A stretch of DNA of 64,000 bases from an uncultured Armatimonadetes bacterium. Its GTDB lineage: Bacteria > Armatimonadota > UBA5829 > DTJY01. The stretch is taken from contig OY970325.1 in the NCBI GenBank assembly GCA_963717145.1, positions 992,001 to 1,056,000 of the forward strand. Direction: 5' to 3'. A program made the position numbers and the translations under genes. Below the pieces are notes generated by a model. It ran no database searches. It was not told the DNA's origin and saw nothing but the letters and a program-made list of their open reading frames with translations. This document shows positions 1-10,015 of the stretch, in pieces. The first letter of the stretch is position 1, and every line of letters starts with the position of its first letter.

Positions 1-29
1 CCTTGCTGTCATTCGTTCCTAAGAAAGCA

Positions 30-146
30 CACCGTCAGTCCTGAGTTCGCCGGTGAATGACGGCGTGTAACGAAGGACGGCCTTACTCCACCGAGCCGTC
101 CTTCGTTACACGCCGTCATTCACCGGCGAACTCAGGACTGACGGTG
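30..146. repeat. Long perfect inverted repeat (52-bp arms) nested between CTGTCATTC and GAATGACAG ends
   Basis: 30-81 is the exact reverse complement of 95-146; outer ctgtcattc (6-14) and gaatgacag (190-198) match the repeat family seen at 58780-58847. Confidence 0.9.
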
Positions 147-204
147 GTTTCTGATCGAAACAACTGCATACAGTGCGGCAACATGCTCAGAATGACAGAT
201 GTGA

Positions 205-1014
205 TCAGATGTCGATCTCCATCCCGTCGTAGGCTACCTGGATGCCCTCAGGGGACACCGATTCCACGATCTCGCCGTGGGTCACGCCGGCGTTGTGCGA
301 GAAATGCGTGAGCACGTACATTCCATCGGAGAAACTGCCCATCTCCTCCAGGCGCTTCTTCATCTCGAATACCTTTTCGAATGTCATGTGACGCTTTCCT
401 CCGCCGTGCGGGCCGGATGTGCACTCGGAGATCACCACGTCGAATGGCGTCGTCTTGAAGAAGTCCCACGTCTCATCGGGATACTCCCCGACATCGCAGG
501 CATAGAGGGCGGTGCGCCCGTCCGACTGCACGATATAGTTGACGGAGAGATCGCCCTCCATGTGGAATGCCGTCACGGGCGTGAACGTGAAGTCGCCCGC
601 TTCGATGGGCTTGAACGGCTCGATCTCGTTGACGTCGCCGACCGCGCCCAGATGGTCGCCGAGCATCGGCTTCGCGCGGTCCACAACGGTCTTGCTGCCG
701 TAGACCTGAAGTGGCAGAGGTCGGCCGTGCGCGAACCAGGGCTTCAGGTAGTTGAGTTCCCGCTCGGAGAAGTGATCGTTGTGCGGATGCGTGATGAAGA
801 TGCTCTCCAGCGCAACCGTATCGAGTCCGAGGTTCACCATGTGGTGCCAGAAGTCCGGCGACAGGTCGATGAGATGCTTCCCGCCGAAAAGGGCCGACGA
901 CCGGCTGCGGAGGTCCCTTCCGCCAAGCATCCTCGCCCTTGCGCAGGTCTCGCAGGCGCAGAATACGGACGGTATGCCCTCTGCGGCCGCGGTGCCCAGT
1001 ATCTTGATCTTCAT
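205..1014 (-). CDS. Metallo-beta-lactamase-fold hydrolase (PhnP-like)
   Basis: N-terminal LGTAAAEGIP..CACETC; THPHNDH metal motif; LTHFSH; AYDGM C-terminus. Confidence 0.85.
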   Translation of the reverse strand: MKIKILGTAAAEGIPSVFCACETCARARMLGGRDLRSRSSALFGGKHLIDLSPDFWHHMVNLGLDTVALESIFITHPHNDHFSERELNYLKPWFAHGRPLPLQVYGSKTVVDRAKPMLGDHLGAVGDVNEIEPFKPIEAGDFTFTPVTAFHMEGDLSVNYIVQSDGRTALYACDVGEYPDETWDFFKTTPFDVVISECTSGPHGGGKRHMTFEKVFEMKKRLEEMGSFSDGMYVLTHFSHNAGVTHGEIVESVSPEGIQVAYDGMEIDI

Positions 1015-3677
1015 TCCTGCTCTTCCTCCAGAGTGAACTCGATGGTGGCTATCTTCCTCGCGAGCACGTCGAGCTTGACCACGCCGTCCGCATCCATCAG
1101 CAACTCACGGCCGGGTTCTTCGTTAAGGTTCGTCGTCCTGGCGGAGATCGTCCCCTGCGTCTTTATGCAGGCGTCGTGGACCTGCTTATCGCGGATGTTG
1201 AAGAACCTGACGATGATTGAGTCGCGGTCCTCGGCCTTCTTGATGGCGGTCACCACCAACTCAGACGGCGTCACCTGAAGGAAGCTCATCTGCATGGGGA
1301 GATCGCCGCCGTGTGCTCCCGTCTGAACGCAGCACATCGGCACGTCATGCTGATGTGCCTGCTGCCAGACGCGCGCTTTGAGCCAGTCGCCGGCATGAGG
1401 CAGAATCGCGTACTCGAACCGGTGCAGACCGAGCCACTGGGCGCCGGGAGTGAGCTTCGCTCCGGGCGCGTCCGATCCGCCGCTGAGCCTACCGACGCTC
1501 CTCTGGAGAGTCAGTGCCACGGTCCGATCGGCGTCGTCATAGACCTCGTACTCGGGCAGTCCCTTGTTGATGATGGTCAGCCCGCGATCGCCATCAGTCA
1601 CGTTAACCCATGTGCGCTGGGGATAATATGGCGCGGCATTCACCCAGTCCTGAGGCGGACGAACGGGCCGCGTCAGGACATCGAACTGGCCCTCTGCGTG
1701 GGAGACATCGGTGGAGATGCCACTGGGGAAGCACACCCTCAGCCGGTGGTCCTTCGCGTGATTCTCGAACTCGGTGATGCAATCGATCCTCGGTGATCCG
1801 ACGCTGATCGTGAACGACGTGGCGTATGGGCAGTCCACCATTTCGCCGGACCGAGCGGCGCCGTCGGGAGTGGCCGCCGCAGGGAGGCGCATCACGCCTT
1901 CGATCCTGAGAGTCGCCGAAACGGGATTCGATGCCATAACCGTCACCTTTTGCTTCGTGCCCGCGGTACTGATGATCTCATCATTGGCGGGCTTGCGGTA
2001 CAGGTACTCATCGCCGACATCTCCACCGTCTTCGAGAACGCCGACCTCGACGAACTCACCGCTCTCGGACGCCGCGAGACTGCGAACCGTGATTCCGCCG
2101 CCGACCGCCCGCATCTCGATGATGCCGTTGGAAACGTAGCCGTCGCCGACAACCAGATCCGAGGCCGTCCCGGTGAAGTCAGGCTGAGCCGCAACCGTCT
2201 GGATCGAATACGCCTTGTACCCGCATGATGGGACATTCTCCGCGATGAACTCGACCTCGAAGCGCCGAACCATCATCGCCAGCGGCAGTTCGATGGGCGA
2301 GAGGACCTGCTTGACCGCGAGCGACTGCTCGACGAGATAGTAGGGCACGACACCTCCATCCGCATCTCGAAGCTCGATGGCGCTTACGTCCCTCGCGGGA
2401 TCGACCTCCGGTTTGCCGCGGACAGCATCACCGACCGGAATGTCGATCGTCGCCCTGACCCCATCCGTTCGCGCCCAGTTCAGCGGATTGAACACGACGA
2501 GAGCATCGTTGCCGGGATCGTCAGGTTTGGCGGTCTCGATCATGCCGGCGATATAGGCCAGACCTCGATTCGTGAACTCCTCTCCGAGCTGCTGGACCTG
2601 ATGGAATCGGGGCACCATCTCGTCATGGACCTGATCGAGGCTGCACCCGCAGATAGAGTCGTGCGGATGGTTCTGCATCAGGAGCTTCCATGCGTAGGTC
2701 AGGAAGTCGGAGGGATACTCTCGGCCGAGCATCCACGCGAATGTCGACGCGGGCTCGGCATACTTCTCGAGCTGGTTCTCGGTCTCGTGGTTCGCCTGCT
2801 TCAAGCACATCCGGCTCGACAGAGTGCCTGCGAGTACCGAGCCGCCTCGGTCCTCGCGCAACTCGCCCTTCACTATCTTCAGCTCCGTCTTTTCCCTCCG
2901 GAGGTCCTGCTTGACGGCCTCGATGTAGGCGGGAAGCGTACTGTGGATGAGCCGATCGCCGTGCAGCTTCTTGTTCGCTCTCTTGAGGATATCCGGCAAC
3001 CCCGCCTGTGCCTCCAGATGATCGACACCATTCATCAGCAGCAACTCGGTCGTGGCGACGAGCGGCGACATGCGATCGCGGATCGCCTCCGCGTATTCCA
3101 CTGCCTTGTCGGTATCCGACGGGAACCACTGGGCGTTGTTGTACCAGAACGCCATCAGGGACGCCAGCACCCGGCTTCCATCCGGCGACTCCCAGTGGAA
3201 CTCCATCCTCCGGTCGTCAACGAGTTGAAGGCCGCGGCCGAAGATCGCGTTGTCGATCCCGAACCCGCGGAATATCTGCGGCATCTGGGAGATGTTGCCG
3301 AACTGATCGGGGATGTATCCGACCTTCATCGGCGTCCCGAACGTCTCGGAGAGCCGGTGGCCGATCAGGAGACTCCGTATCGTCGATTCGCCGCTGACCA
3401 GGTATTCGTCATTGAGCTGATACCATGGGCCGATGAGTATGCGTCCCTCGTGGATGTACTTCTTGAGCTTGTGCTCGTTCTGCGGGCGGATCTGGAGATA
3501 GTCCTCGAGGACGATCGTCTGGCCGTCGAAGTTGAAATGCTTGAAATCGGGATCGGTGTCGAGTATCTCGAGCAGGTGGTCGATCAGATCGACCAGCCTG
3601 AGCCTGAACTGCTGGAACGTGAGATACCACTCGCGGTCCCAGTGAGTGTGCGAAACCACATGCATCGTATAAGGCAT
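1011..3677 (-). CDS. Alpha-mannosidase, GH38
   Basis: SHTHWDREWY, DGQT, PDQFG, NHPHDSICGCS motifs. Confidence 0.93.
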   Translation of the reverse strand: MPYTMHVVSHTHWDREWYLTFQQFRLRLVDLIDHLLEILDTDPDFKHFNFDGQTIVLEDYLQIRPQNEHKLKKYIHEGRILIGPWYQLNDEYLVSGESTIRSLLIGHRLSETFGTPMKVGYIPDQFGNISQMPQIFRGFGIDNAIFGRGLQLVDDRRMEFHWESPDGSRVLASLMAFWYNNAQWFPSDTDKAVEYAEAIRDRMSPLVATTELLLMNGVDHLEAQAGLPDILKRANKKLHGDRLIHSTLPAYIEAVKQDLRREKTELKIVKGELREDRGGSVLAGTLSSRMCLKQANHETENQLEKYAEPASTFAWMLGREYPSDFLTYAWKLLMQNHPHDSICGCSLDQVHDEMVPRFHQVQQLGEEFTNRGLAYIAGMIETAKPDDPGNDALVVFNPLNWARTDGVRATIDIPVGDAVRGKPEVDPARDVSAIELRDADGGVVPYYLVEQSLAVKQVLSPIELPLAMMVRRFEVEFIAENVPSCGYKAYSIQTVAAQPDFTGTASDLVVGDGYVSNGIIEMRAVGGGITVRSLAASESGEFVEVGVLEDGGDVGDEYLYRKPANDEIISTAGTKQKVTVMASNPVSATLRIEGVMRLPAAATPDGAARSGEMVDCPYATSFTISVGSPRIDCITEFENHAKDHRLRVCFPSGISTDVSHAEGQFDVLTRPVRPPQDWVNAAPYYPQRTWVNVTDGDRGLTIINKGLPEYEVYDDADRTVALTLQRSVGRLSGGSDAPGAKLTPGAQWLGLHRFEYAILPHAGDWLKARVWQQAHQHDVPMCCVQTGAHGGDLPMQMSFLQVTPSELVVTAIKKAEDRDSIIVRFFNIRDKQVHDACIKTQGTISARTTNLNEEPGRELLMDADGVVKLDVLARKIATIEFTLEEEQE

Positions 3678-3865
3678 CGAATCCTCCGGTTGTCAGCGTA
3701 TTGTGTCGCCCGTGTCGATACACCGGAACCGGTATACCCGCATATGCGTTTCCGCGCTCAGCGACTTCGCCAGCCGATTGAGCATATGTTCGACGAACCG
3801 ACCTGTCCTTCCTGTCAAGATTACCGGATTCCTGGCGTCTGCACTATCGGCACTTGATATAAAGC

Positions 3866-3894
3866 TTGACAAGATGTGAACGCGATGATATACT
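3866..3894 (+). promoter_or_regulatory. Sigma70-type promoter for the LuxR gene
   Basis: TTGACA-17 bp-TATACT with extended TGn. Confidence 0.7.
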
Positions 3895-3990
3895 TATGAC
3901 GGAATGGCGATCAGCCTATGTTGCGCTCGGTCGACACAGCGCCGAGTCTCACGCGGCCTCACTGTCTTCCTGCGCAGGGGGTGAAACCAC

Positions 3991-4248
3991 ATGGACAACG
4001 ATACGTTTCCTGGAAATGGCGACGGAGCCACCATTACTCTGACTAAGCGCGAGATCGAGGTCCTGCAGCTTGTGCTCGAGGGAAAGCCGAGCAAGGAAGT
4101 TGCTACGAATCTCTGCTGCAGCAAACGGACCGTCGATTTCCATCTGGCCCGTGTGTATGAGAAGCTTCAGGTGTCGAACAGGGTACAGGCCATGCGCCGC
4201 GCCACCCTCCTCGGCCTGCTTCCCATCAGTGGCGACGGAAACGGCTAG
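3991..4248 (+). CDS. Stand-alone LuxR/GerE-type HTH regulator
   Basis: LTKREIEVLQLVLEGKPSKEVA..SKRTVDFHLARVYEKLQVSNRVQA. Confidence 0.88.
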   Translation: MDNDTFPGNGDGATITLTKREIEVLQLVLEGKPSKEVATNLCCSKRTVDFHLARVYEKLQVSNRVQAMRRATLLGLLPISGDGNG

Positions 4249-4435
4249 CTGATCCGATCCCCAGCGTCCTCTTCTCTTTCTCCTCATCCCATCGAATCCT
4301 CTCGATAAGCATTGAAACGCTTGCCGTCATGGTGTTATGATATCGACGGAACGCACTGACACGCCCAACTGACCACGCCAAATGATCAGAAGCACGTTTC
4401 GTCACCGAGCGTTTGGGTGAATACTGGGGAAGGCT

Positions 4436-5086
4436 TTGAGCATCATGTCGCGAGATCGCTGGACGTCGCTGCTGACAGCGCTTGTCGGTGGGGCGGTACT
4501 TATCGGCCTGTTCTCATTTCAGAAAGCCGTACACGCGTACCCCGAGTACATCGTGACCAACGTGGCGGCGCTGTTGTGGCTCCCAGTGCTCACGATCATG
4601 CTCATACTGCGCCAGGAGCCTACGTCTTTTGGCTTCGGGCTCGGCGATTTCAGATGGGGAATGCGCCGTTCGGCCCTGCTGTTCGCCGTAGTGCTGCCGT
4701 TCCTCGTGTACGCATCACGGCAGCCTGCATTCCAGCAGTACTACCCGATGTGGGGGATTGCTGAACTGAGCTTATACTGGTTCGGGTACTACGAGCTGAC
4801 GTATGGAATGTACCTGTTTTGCTGGGAGTTCTTCTTTCGGGGATTCCTGCTCTTCGGGCTCTCGCGGTCACTCGGAATACTCAGCGTGTTTGTGCAGGCG
4901 GCTGCATTTGGTATCATGCACTTGGGGAAACCATATCCCGAAGTGCTTGCATCATTCGTGACGGGTATCGTGCTCGGCCTGGTCGCTTTACGGTCAAAGT
5001 CGTTTCTGCCGGCGTTTACGGTACACTGGGCGTCCGCAGCCCTGTTTGATATTCTCATCATTCTTGCCAAGCGCGGAGTCTTGTAG
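4436..5086 (+). CDS. CPBP (CAAX/Abi) family intramembrane protease
   Basis: WEFFFRG, FGIMH and later His motifs; multiple hydrophobic segments; start uncertain. Confidence 0.85.
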   Translation: MSIMSRDRWTSLLTALVGGAVLIGLFSFQKAVHAYPEYIVTNVAALLWLPVLTIMLILRQEPTSFGFGLGDFRWGMRRSALLFAVVLPFLVYASRQPAFQQYYPMWGIAELSLYWFGYYELTYGMYLFCWEFFFRGFLLFGLSRSLGILSVFVQAAAFGIMHLGKPYPEVLASFVTGIVLGLVALRSKSFLPAFTVHWASAALFDILIILAKRGVL

Positions 5087-5118
5087 ACTGCACGCGACCC
5101 AAAATGGAGGTAATTCCC

Positions 5119-5478
5119 TTGCGCGTAGAAAAGATCAGACTCGAAGCAGCGATGCGGACTGAGGCGGGTGTGCCGGTCCTGGGCGTCGCGGGAGAGGTGG
5201 ACGTATTCACAGCCCCGGAGTTCAAGGCCGCTATCAGCGAGGCGATCGACTCCGGCATCGTGGACCTCGTCATAGATCTGACCAAGGTGAGCTACATGGA
5301 CAGCAGCGGGTTCGGTATACTGCTCAGCGCCACGAAGCGTGTGCGGCCGAAGGATGGCTCGATCAACCTGGTCGCCTGCAACGAGGCCATTGAGCGCATG
5401 ATGAAGATCACCCGGCTCGATACCGTATTCAACCTCTGCCGAACTGTCGATGAGGCCGCTGCTCGGATTCGGAAGTAG
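5119..5478 (+). CDS. STAS-domain anti-sigma factor antagonist
   Basis: GEVDVFTAP, DLTKVSYMDSSG phosphoserine motif; TTG start after GGAGG (in-frame ATG at 5104 is an alternative). Confidence 0.88.
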   Translation: MRVEKIRLEAAMRTEAGVPVLGVAGEVDVFTAPEFKAAISEAIDSGIVDLVIDLTKVSYMDSSGFGILLSATKRVRPKDGSINLVACNEAIERMMKITRLDTVFNLCRTVDEAAARIRK

Positions 5479-5519
5479 GCAGGGAAGCAGGACGTTAGAT
5501 GGGCGAAGTCCCCTCTGCC

Positions 5520-5584
5520 GTAGTGGCCGTGCCTCCGTGCCGGCCATGCTACGTTGGAGGCCGGCACGGAGGCACGGCCACTAC
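5520..5584. repeat. GTAG REP doublet, family GTAGTGGCCGTGCCTC
   Basis: GTAGTGGCCGTGCCTCCGTGCCGGCC ... GGCCGGCACGGAGGCACGGCCACTAC; related copies at 43257 and 62711. Confidence 0.85.
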
Positions 5585-5618
5585 GGCAGAGGGTCTAGCG
5601 TCTGAAGTCTGCCGTTCC

Positions 5619-6239
5619 CTAGTAGCTTCTCATCAGCCCGATGAGTTTGCCGAGCAATTGGGCATCTCGGTCGCGAAGAGGTATCGGCTCATAGGCGGAG
5701 TTGGCGGGGACCAACGTTGCGACTCCATCCTGCAATCTCAGCCGTTTGACAGTCGCCTCGTCGCCGATGAGCGCCGCCACCAGATCGCCGTCATCCGCAG
5801 TCTGTTGTGGGCGGATGATCACCACATCCCCCGGCAGGATGTGCGCCTCCACCATGCTGTCACCCCTCACCTTGAGTGCGAAAGCGCTCTCGGAGCTGCC
5901 CAGCATGGATCTGGGCACGAGCACCTCACCATCCCTGTTCTCGACTGCCAGCAAGGGAATCCCCGCGGCTATCGTACCGAGGATCGGAACGGCCATCAGT
6001 TCTCCGCGCGACGGGTCGGCGCTCGGCTGCAGGATCTTTATGCCGCGCGAGAGCCGGTCGCGTCTGATGAAGCCCTTTTTCTCGAGCGCATCCAGGTGGA
6101 CGGTGACCCCGCGCAGGCTCTTGATGTCGAACTCGGCCCCCATTTCGCGTATCGAAGGCGGGTAGCCGTTGTGGTTCACGTACTTGATGATGAACTCCAG
6201 GATGTGCCGCTGCCGTATCGTCAACGTCTTGCGCATCAT
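5619..6239 (-). CDS. lexA: LexA repressor
   Basis: YPPSIREM winged helix, IAAG cleavage site, VRGDSM catalytic Ser, ATVKRL catalytic Lys. Confidence 0.95.
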   Translation of the reverse strand: MMRKTLTIRQRHILEFIIKYVNHNGYPPSIREMGAEFDIKSLRGVTVHLDALEKKGFIRRDRLSRGIKILQPSADPSRGELMAVPILGTIAAGIPLLAVENRDGEVLVPRSMLGSSESAFALKVRGDSMVEAHILPGDVVIIRPQQTADDGDLVAALIGDEATVKRLRLQDGVATLVPANSAYEPIPLRDRDAQLLGKLIGLMRSY

Positions 6240-6257
6240 TCACGCCCTCCTTGATCG

Positions 6258-6286
6258 AGTATATACCAGACCGATGTCTACGTCAA
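6258..6286 (-). promoter_or_regulatory. Sigma70-type promoter of lexA
   Basis: Minus strand TTGACG-17 bp-TATACT followed by AAGGAGG. Confidence 0.75.
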
Positions 6287-6295
6287 GACAGCACG

Positions 6296-6324
6296 TTGAC
6301 CTGAGGCAGGCGGCCTGATAGAAT
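6296..6324 (+). promoter_or_regulatory. Sigma70-type promoter divergent from lexA
   Basis: TTGACC-17 bp-TAGAAT. Confidence 0.7.
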
Positions 6325-6433
6325 GTGTCCTGTTCGATAGACCGCACGAATGTGCGCCTGGGATTGAAAGGGACGGCACCAGAGTGCCTCTGGGATTCAA
6401 AGGGACGGCACGAGAGTGAGAGCCTACGTGAAG

Positions 6434-7744
6434 ATGCCAATCCGGATTGTGGGGCTTCTGCTGGCAGTTCTGCTGCTTCACGGATGCGGTCGCCAGGCCG
6501 AGGAAACGCGGGGCGGGAAGATTGTGCTGACCGTCTGGCATCCCTGGGGCGGCGCTCAGGCCGAGGCATTCGAGGCCACGATGAAGGCGTTCGAAGACGC
6601 TCATCCGAACATCGAGGTGCGCCCGCTGTTCACCCCGAACGATCTGTCGAACAACCAGAAGTTCTTCACCTCGGTAGCCGCGAATCGGCCGCCGGATGTG
6701 GTATACGTGGATGGCCCGCAGGTGGCCGAGTGGGCCGAGCAGGGAGCGCTGACCCCGCTCGACAAGCAGTTGGCAGGGGACGGCATCAAGCCGGAGGACT
6801 ACTTCGCCCCGTGCTGGGAGCAGAATGAGTACGGTGGGCACGTTTGGGCACTGACGTACTGCGCCGATCCGAATTTTGCCTTCGTATGGAATAAGGCGCA
6901 CTTCCGTGAGGCCGGGCTCGACCCGGAGAAGCCTCCACAGACGATCGAGGAGTTGGACGCGTGTGTGCGGAAGCTCAACAAATGGCGAACTGTGGGGGCA
7001 AGTCACAGGCTGTCCAGGATCGGCATCATCCCATGGGCGCAGTACGGACCGGCCAACTCGATGTTCACCTGGGGATGGGCTTTCGGCGGCTCGTTCTACG
7101 ATCCCGCGACGCACAGGGTCAGCTCGGACGATCAGGGAGTCATCAAGGCGCTAACCTGGATGTGCAAGTACGCCAAGGAGTTCGACATCGAGAAGATCGA
7201 GGGCCTGGCAGCCGGATTCGGTACGGCTGAGCAGAACCCGTTGTATACCGGCAAGCTTTCGATGACCTGCCTGCACATCTCGGGCATCGAGGAGATCAAG
7301 AAGTACGCGCCGAAGCTCGACTATGGAATCGGGTACATCCCGGCCCCCTCGGACGGGGAGGCGCACAGCTCATGGGTCGGAGGATGGTGCATGGCGATCC
7401 CGAAGGGCTCCCGCCATGCGAAAGAGGCGTGGGAACTCATGCGATGGCTCTGCGCCGATCCGAAGGGCACGACGGTCGTCGGGAGCAACAGCGGGCTCTT
7501 CCCGGGATGGCGCAAGTCGCCCTACTTTGACGACGTTCGAGGAAAGCCGGGGTACGGCATGTTTCTCAAGATCCTGGAGGAATGCCGGCATCAGCGGCCG
7601 GTTATGCCTGCTCAGGCATTCTACATGGGAGCGCTCCAGAGAGCGGTTGACTCGGCGCTGTACGGCCGCAAGTCTCCAGAGCAGGCGCTCCGCGATGCGC
7701 GAACCGAGACCCAGCGTGAACTCGATCTGGTGATGGGTGACTAA
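6434..7744 (+). CDS. ABC sugar-binding lipoprotein (SBP family 1)
   Basis: Lipobox LLHGC; LTVWHPW, PPDVVY, WNKAHFREAGLDPEKPPQT, GGW patterns; start approximate. Confidence 0.88.
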   Translation: MPIRIVGLLLAVLLLHGCGRQAEETRGGKIVLTVWHPWGGAQAEAFEATMKAFEDAHPNIEVRPLFTPNDLSNNQKFFTSVAANRPPDVVYVDGPQVAEWAEQGALTPLDKQLAGDGIKPEDYFAPCWEQNEYGGHVWALTYCADPNFAFVWNKAHFREAGLDPEKPPQTIEELDACVRKLNKWRTVGASHRLSRIGIIPWAQYGPANSMFTWGWAFGGSFYDPATHRVSSDDQGVIKALTWMCKYAKEFDIEKIEGLAAGFGTAEQNPLYTGKLSMTCLHISGIEEIKKYAPKLDYGIGYIPAPSDGEAHSSWVGGWCMAIPKGSRHAKEAWELMRWLCADPKGTTVVGSNSGLFPGWRKSPYFDDVRGKPGYGMFLKILEECRHQRPVMPAQAFYMGALQRAVDSALYGRKSPEQALRDARTETQRELDLVMGD

Positions 7745-7755
7745 GAGGTGAAAAG

Positions 7756-7929
7756 GTGACTGAAGTTGATCCCAAGCTGCTGGAGATACTGGCGTGCCCG
7801 GCATGCGATGACCGGCCACACGTCGAGATGAAGGGAGACAATCTCCACTGCCCGAAGTGCAAGAGGTCGTACCCGATCCGCGACGGCATTCCCGTAATGC
7901 TCGTGGAAGAGGCCATCAAGGAGGACTAG
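7756..7929 (+). CDS. Trm112/YcaR family small protein (57 aa; not in the ORF track)
   Basis: Manual translation MTEVDPKLLEILACPAC...LHCPKCKRSYPIRDGIPVML. Confidence 0.88.
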   Translation: MTEVDPKLLEILACPACDDRPHVEMKGDNLHCPKCKRSYPIRDGIPVMLVEEAIKED

Positions 7930-8376
7930 ATGATGCTCAAGATCCGATTGATCCACGGCCCCAACCTCAATATGCTCGGCGTCCGTGAACCGGACGTGTA
8001 CGGTTCCTTCAGCCTGGACGAGGTTGACACCCGGATCAAGGCCCATGCTGATGCGATCGGAGTCCAGGTGGAGATCAGCCAGTTCAACTCCGAGGGTGAT
8101 ATGATCGATGCGATACAGGCCGCCCGTGAATCGGCGGACGCCCTGGTCATCAATCCCGGTGCGTACACTCATTACAGCATCGCCGTTCGTGATGCGATTG
8201 CGGCGGCGGATATCCCGACGGTCGAGGTCCACCTGTCGAATATCCAGAGCCGGGAGCAGTTCCGCAAGGAATCCGTCATCGCCCCGGTGTGCGCCGGCCA
8301 GATCTCCGGATTCGGCGCATTCAGCTACACACTCGGTCTCGATGCGGCGAAACACCTGGCGCAGGAGAAGGGCTAA
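7930..8376 (+). CDS. aroQ: Type II 3-dehydroquinate dehydratase
   Basis: [39 protein letters not shown]. Confidence 0.95.
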   Translation: MMLKIRLIHGPNLNMLGVREPDVYGSFSLDEVDTRIKAHADAIGVQVEISQFNSEGDMIDAIQAARESADALVINPGAYTHYSIAVRDAIAAADIPTVEVHLSNIQSREQFRKESVIAPVCAGQISGFGAFSYTLGLDAAKHLAQEKG

Positions 8377-8379
8377 CCG

Positions 8380-9441
8380 ATGCACGGCCGGCTGGCGAAA
8401 CTGAGAGACGAGATGGCGTCCAGGGATCTGGACGCGTTTCTGGTGACCGACCCCGTGAACGTGCGCTACCTGAGTGGCTTTACAGGATCATACGCGGTTC
8501 TCGTGGCCACCTGCGACAGCGCGTGCCTTCTCACCGATTCGCGCTATGTCGAGCAGGCGAGCCATGAAACATACGGCTGTACCGTCGAGCAGATCGACCT
8601 CGGGTACGTGCCCGGAGTGGCCGACTTGTTCCAGCGGCTCCACTCGGGGGTAATCGGCTTCGAGGAATCCTCGATGACATACGCCGAGTGGCGCGAACTC
8701 GACGAGGGAATCGGCGAGGTAGAGTTGATTCCGGTCGAGAATCTCATAGCCAAGCTTCGCATGATCAAGGACGCCGATGAGATCTCAGCCATTCGGAGGG
8801 CCGCGCAACTCGCCGACGAGACGTTCGCACACGTTTCCGATATCATCCGCCCGGGAATGACCGAACGCGAGGTGGCCCTGGAGATCGACATCTTCATGCG
8901 GAAGCACGGCGCGGAAGAAGCTGCCTTCGAGACCCTGGTGGCCGAGGGCGACAGATCAGCGCTCCCACATGCCAAGCCGACAGACCGCCGGATCCGTGAG
9001 CAGGAGTTTGTCGTTCTGGACTTCGGCGCTCGCGTGGACGGCTACCATTCCGACATCACCCGCACGCTGCTCTTCGGAAGCCCTGACGAGAAGAGACGCC
9101 GAGTATACGATATTGTCCTCGAGGCGCAACGGCGTGCCATCGCGGCGATAAGGCCCGGAGTCCAGGGATTCCGGGTCGATGCGATCGCCCGGGACTACAT
9201 CGCCGAGCAGGGATACGCAGAGTACTTCGGTCACGGGCTCGGCCATGGACTCGGGCTCGAGATACACGATGGTCGCATACTCACCAAGGCGAGCGAGATC
9301 GTGCTCCGGCCCGGCATGGTAGTGACCGTCGAGCCGGGCATTTACATACCGGGATGGGGTGGGGTACGCATCGAGGACGATGTGCTGATCACCGACTCGG
9401 GATGCGAGGTGCTCGCTCATTCGCCTCGCGCGCTTTCGTAG
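8380..9441 (+). CDS. Xaa-Pro aminopeptidase, M24 family
   Basis: SDITRT, HGLGHGLG, TVEPGIY..GGVRIEDD. Confidence 0.92.
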   Translation: MHGRLAKLRDEMASRDLDAFLVTDPVNVRYLSGFTGSYAVLVATCDSACLLTDSRYVEQASHETYGCTVEQIDLGYVPGVADLFQRLHSGVIGFEESSMTYAEWRELDEGIGEVELIPVENLIAKLRMIKDADEISAIRRAAQLADETFAHVSDIIRPGMTEREVALEIDIFMRKHGAEEAAFETLVAEGDRSALPHAKPTDRRIREQEFVVLDFGARVDGYHSDITRTLLFGSPDEKRRRVYDIVLEAQRRAIAAIRPGVQGFRVDAIARDYIAEQGYAEYFGHGLGHGLGLEIHDGRILTKASEIVLRPGMVVTVEPGIYIPGWGGVRIEDDVLITDSGCEVLAHSPRALS

Positions 9442-9507
9442 GGGCGAAGCATTGGCTGCAGGTGGCCGACAATGTCTCGTCTGCAGTAGCCAATGCTTCG
9501 CCCCTAC
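9438..9507. repeat. GTAG REP doublet, family GTAGGGGCGAAGCATTGG
   Basis: GTAGGGGCGAAGCATTGGC ... GCCAATGCTTCGCCCCTAC; degenerate copy at 20867-20931. Confidence 0.85.
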
Positions 9508-9525
9508 ACAGAGGGGATACTAACA

Positions 9526-9987
9526 TTGTATAACGTCATTCTGCTCCCGCTGGATGGGTCGCCGCTCTCGGAGAGAGCCCTCCCCGATGCCACAGCCATC
9601 GCTCGCAGGTTTGGCGCCAAGCTCGCCCTATTCGCGGTGGTCGAGTCGCATGACGTCTACTCGCAGCCCGGCGTCGTCGCCCCGATCGTGGGCGACCAGT
9701 CAAAGACCGACGAGGAGGTTGCCGAGGTCCGCACTTATCTGCTTGGTTTCGCCGACAAGCTTAGGGATGAGGGTCTGGACGTCATCGTGGAGGTTCGTCG
9801 AGGTGACCCCGCCACCGAGATATGTGACTATGCCAGGAAGATCAGTGCCGACCTCATCGTCATGTCGACACACGGACGCTCGGGGATCCGCAGGTGGGTC
9901 TATGGCAGCGTTGCAGACCGTATTCTTCGCAGCGCCAGTGTTCCGGTGCTGCTCGTGCGGGCCTTGACCGACGAGGAGTCCCAGTAG
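9526..9987 (+). CDS. Universal stress protein
   Basis: ILLPLDGS, ADLIVMSTHGRSG..YGSVADRIL..PVLLV; TTG start after GAGGGG. Confidence 0.9.
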   Translation: MYNVILLPLDGSPLSERALPDATAIARRFGAKLALFAVVESHDVYSQPGVVAPIVGDQSKTDEEVAEVRTYLLGFADKLRDEGLDVIVEVRRGDPATEICDYARKISADLIVMSTHGRSGIRRWVYGSVADRILRSASVPVLLVRALTDEESQ

Positions 9988-10015
9988 AGCGTAAACACCC
10001 GGAGATGAGCCAGCC

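Noticed and set aside
57-311. 84-aa ORF at the window start
   Set aside because: Runs through a palindrome and overlaps the opposite-strand hydrolase
6358-6418. GGGATTGAAAG resembles a CRISPR repeat end
   Set aside because: Only two adjacent copies, no spacer and no cas genes
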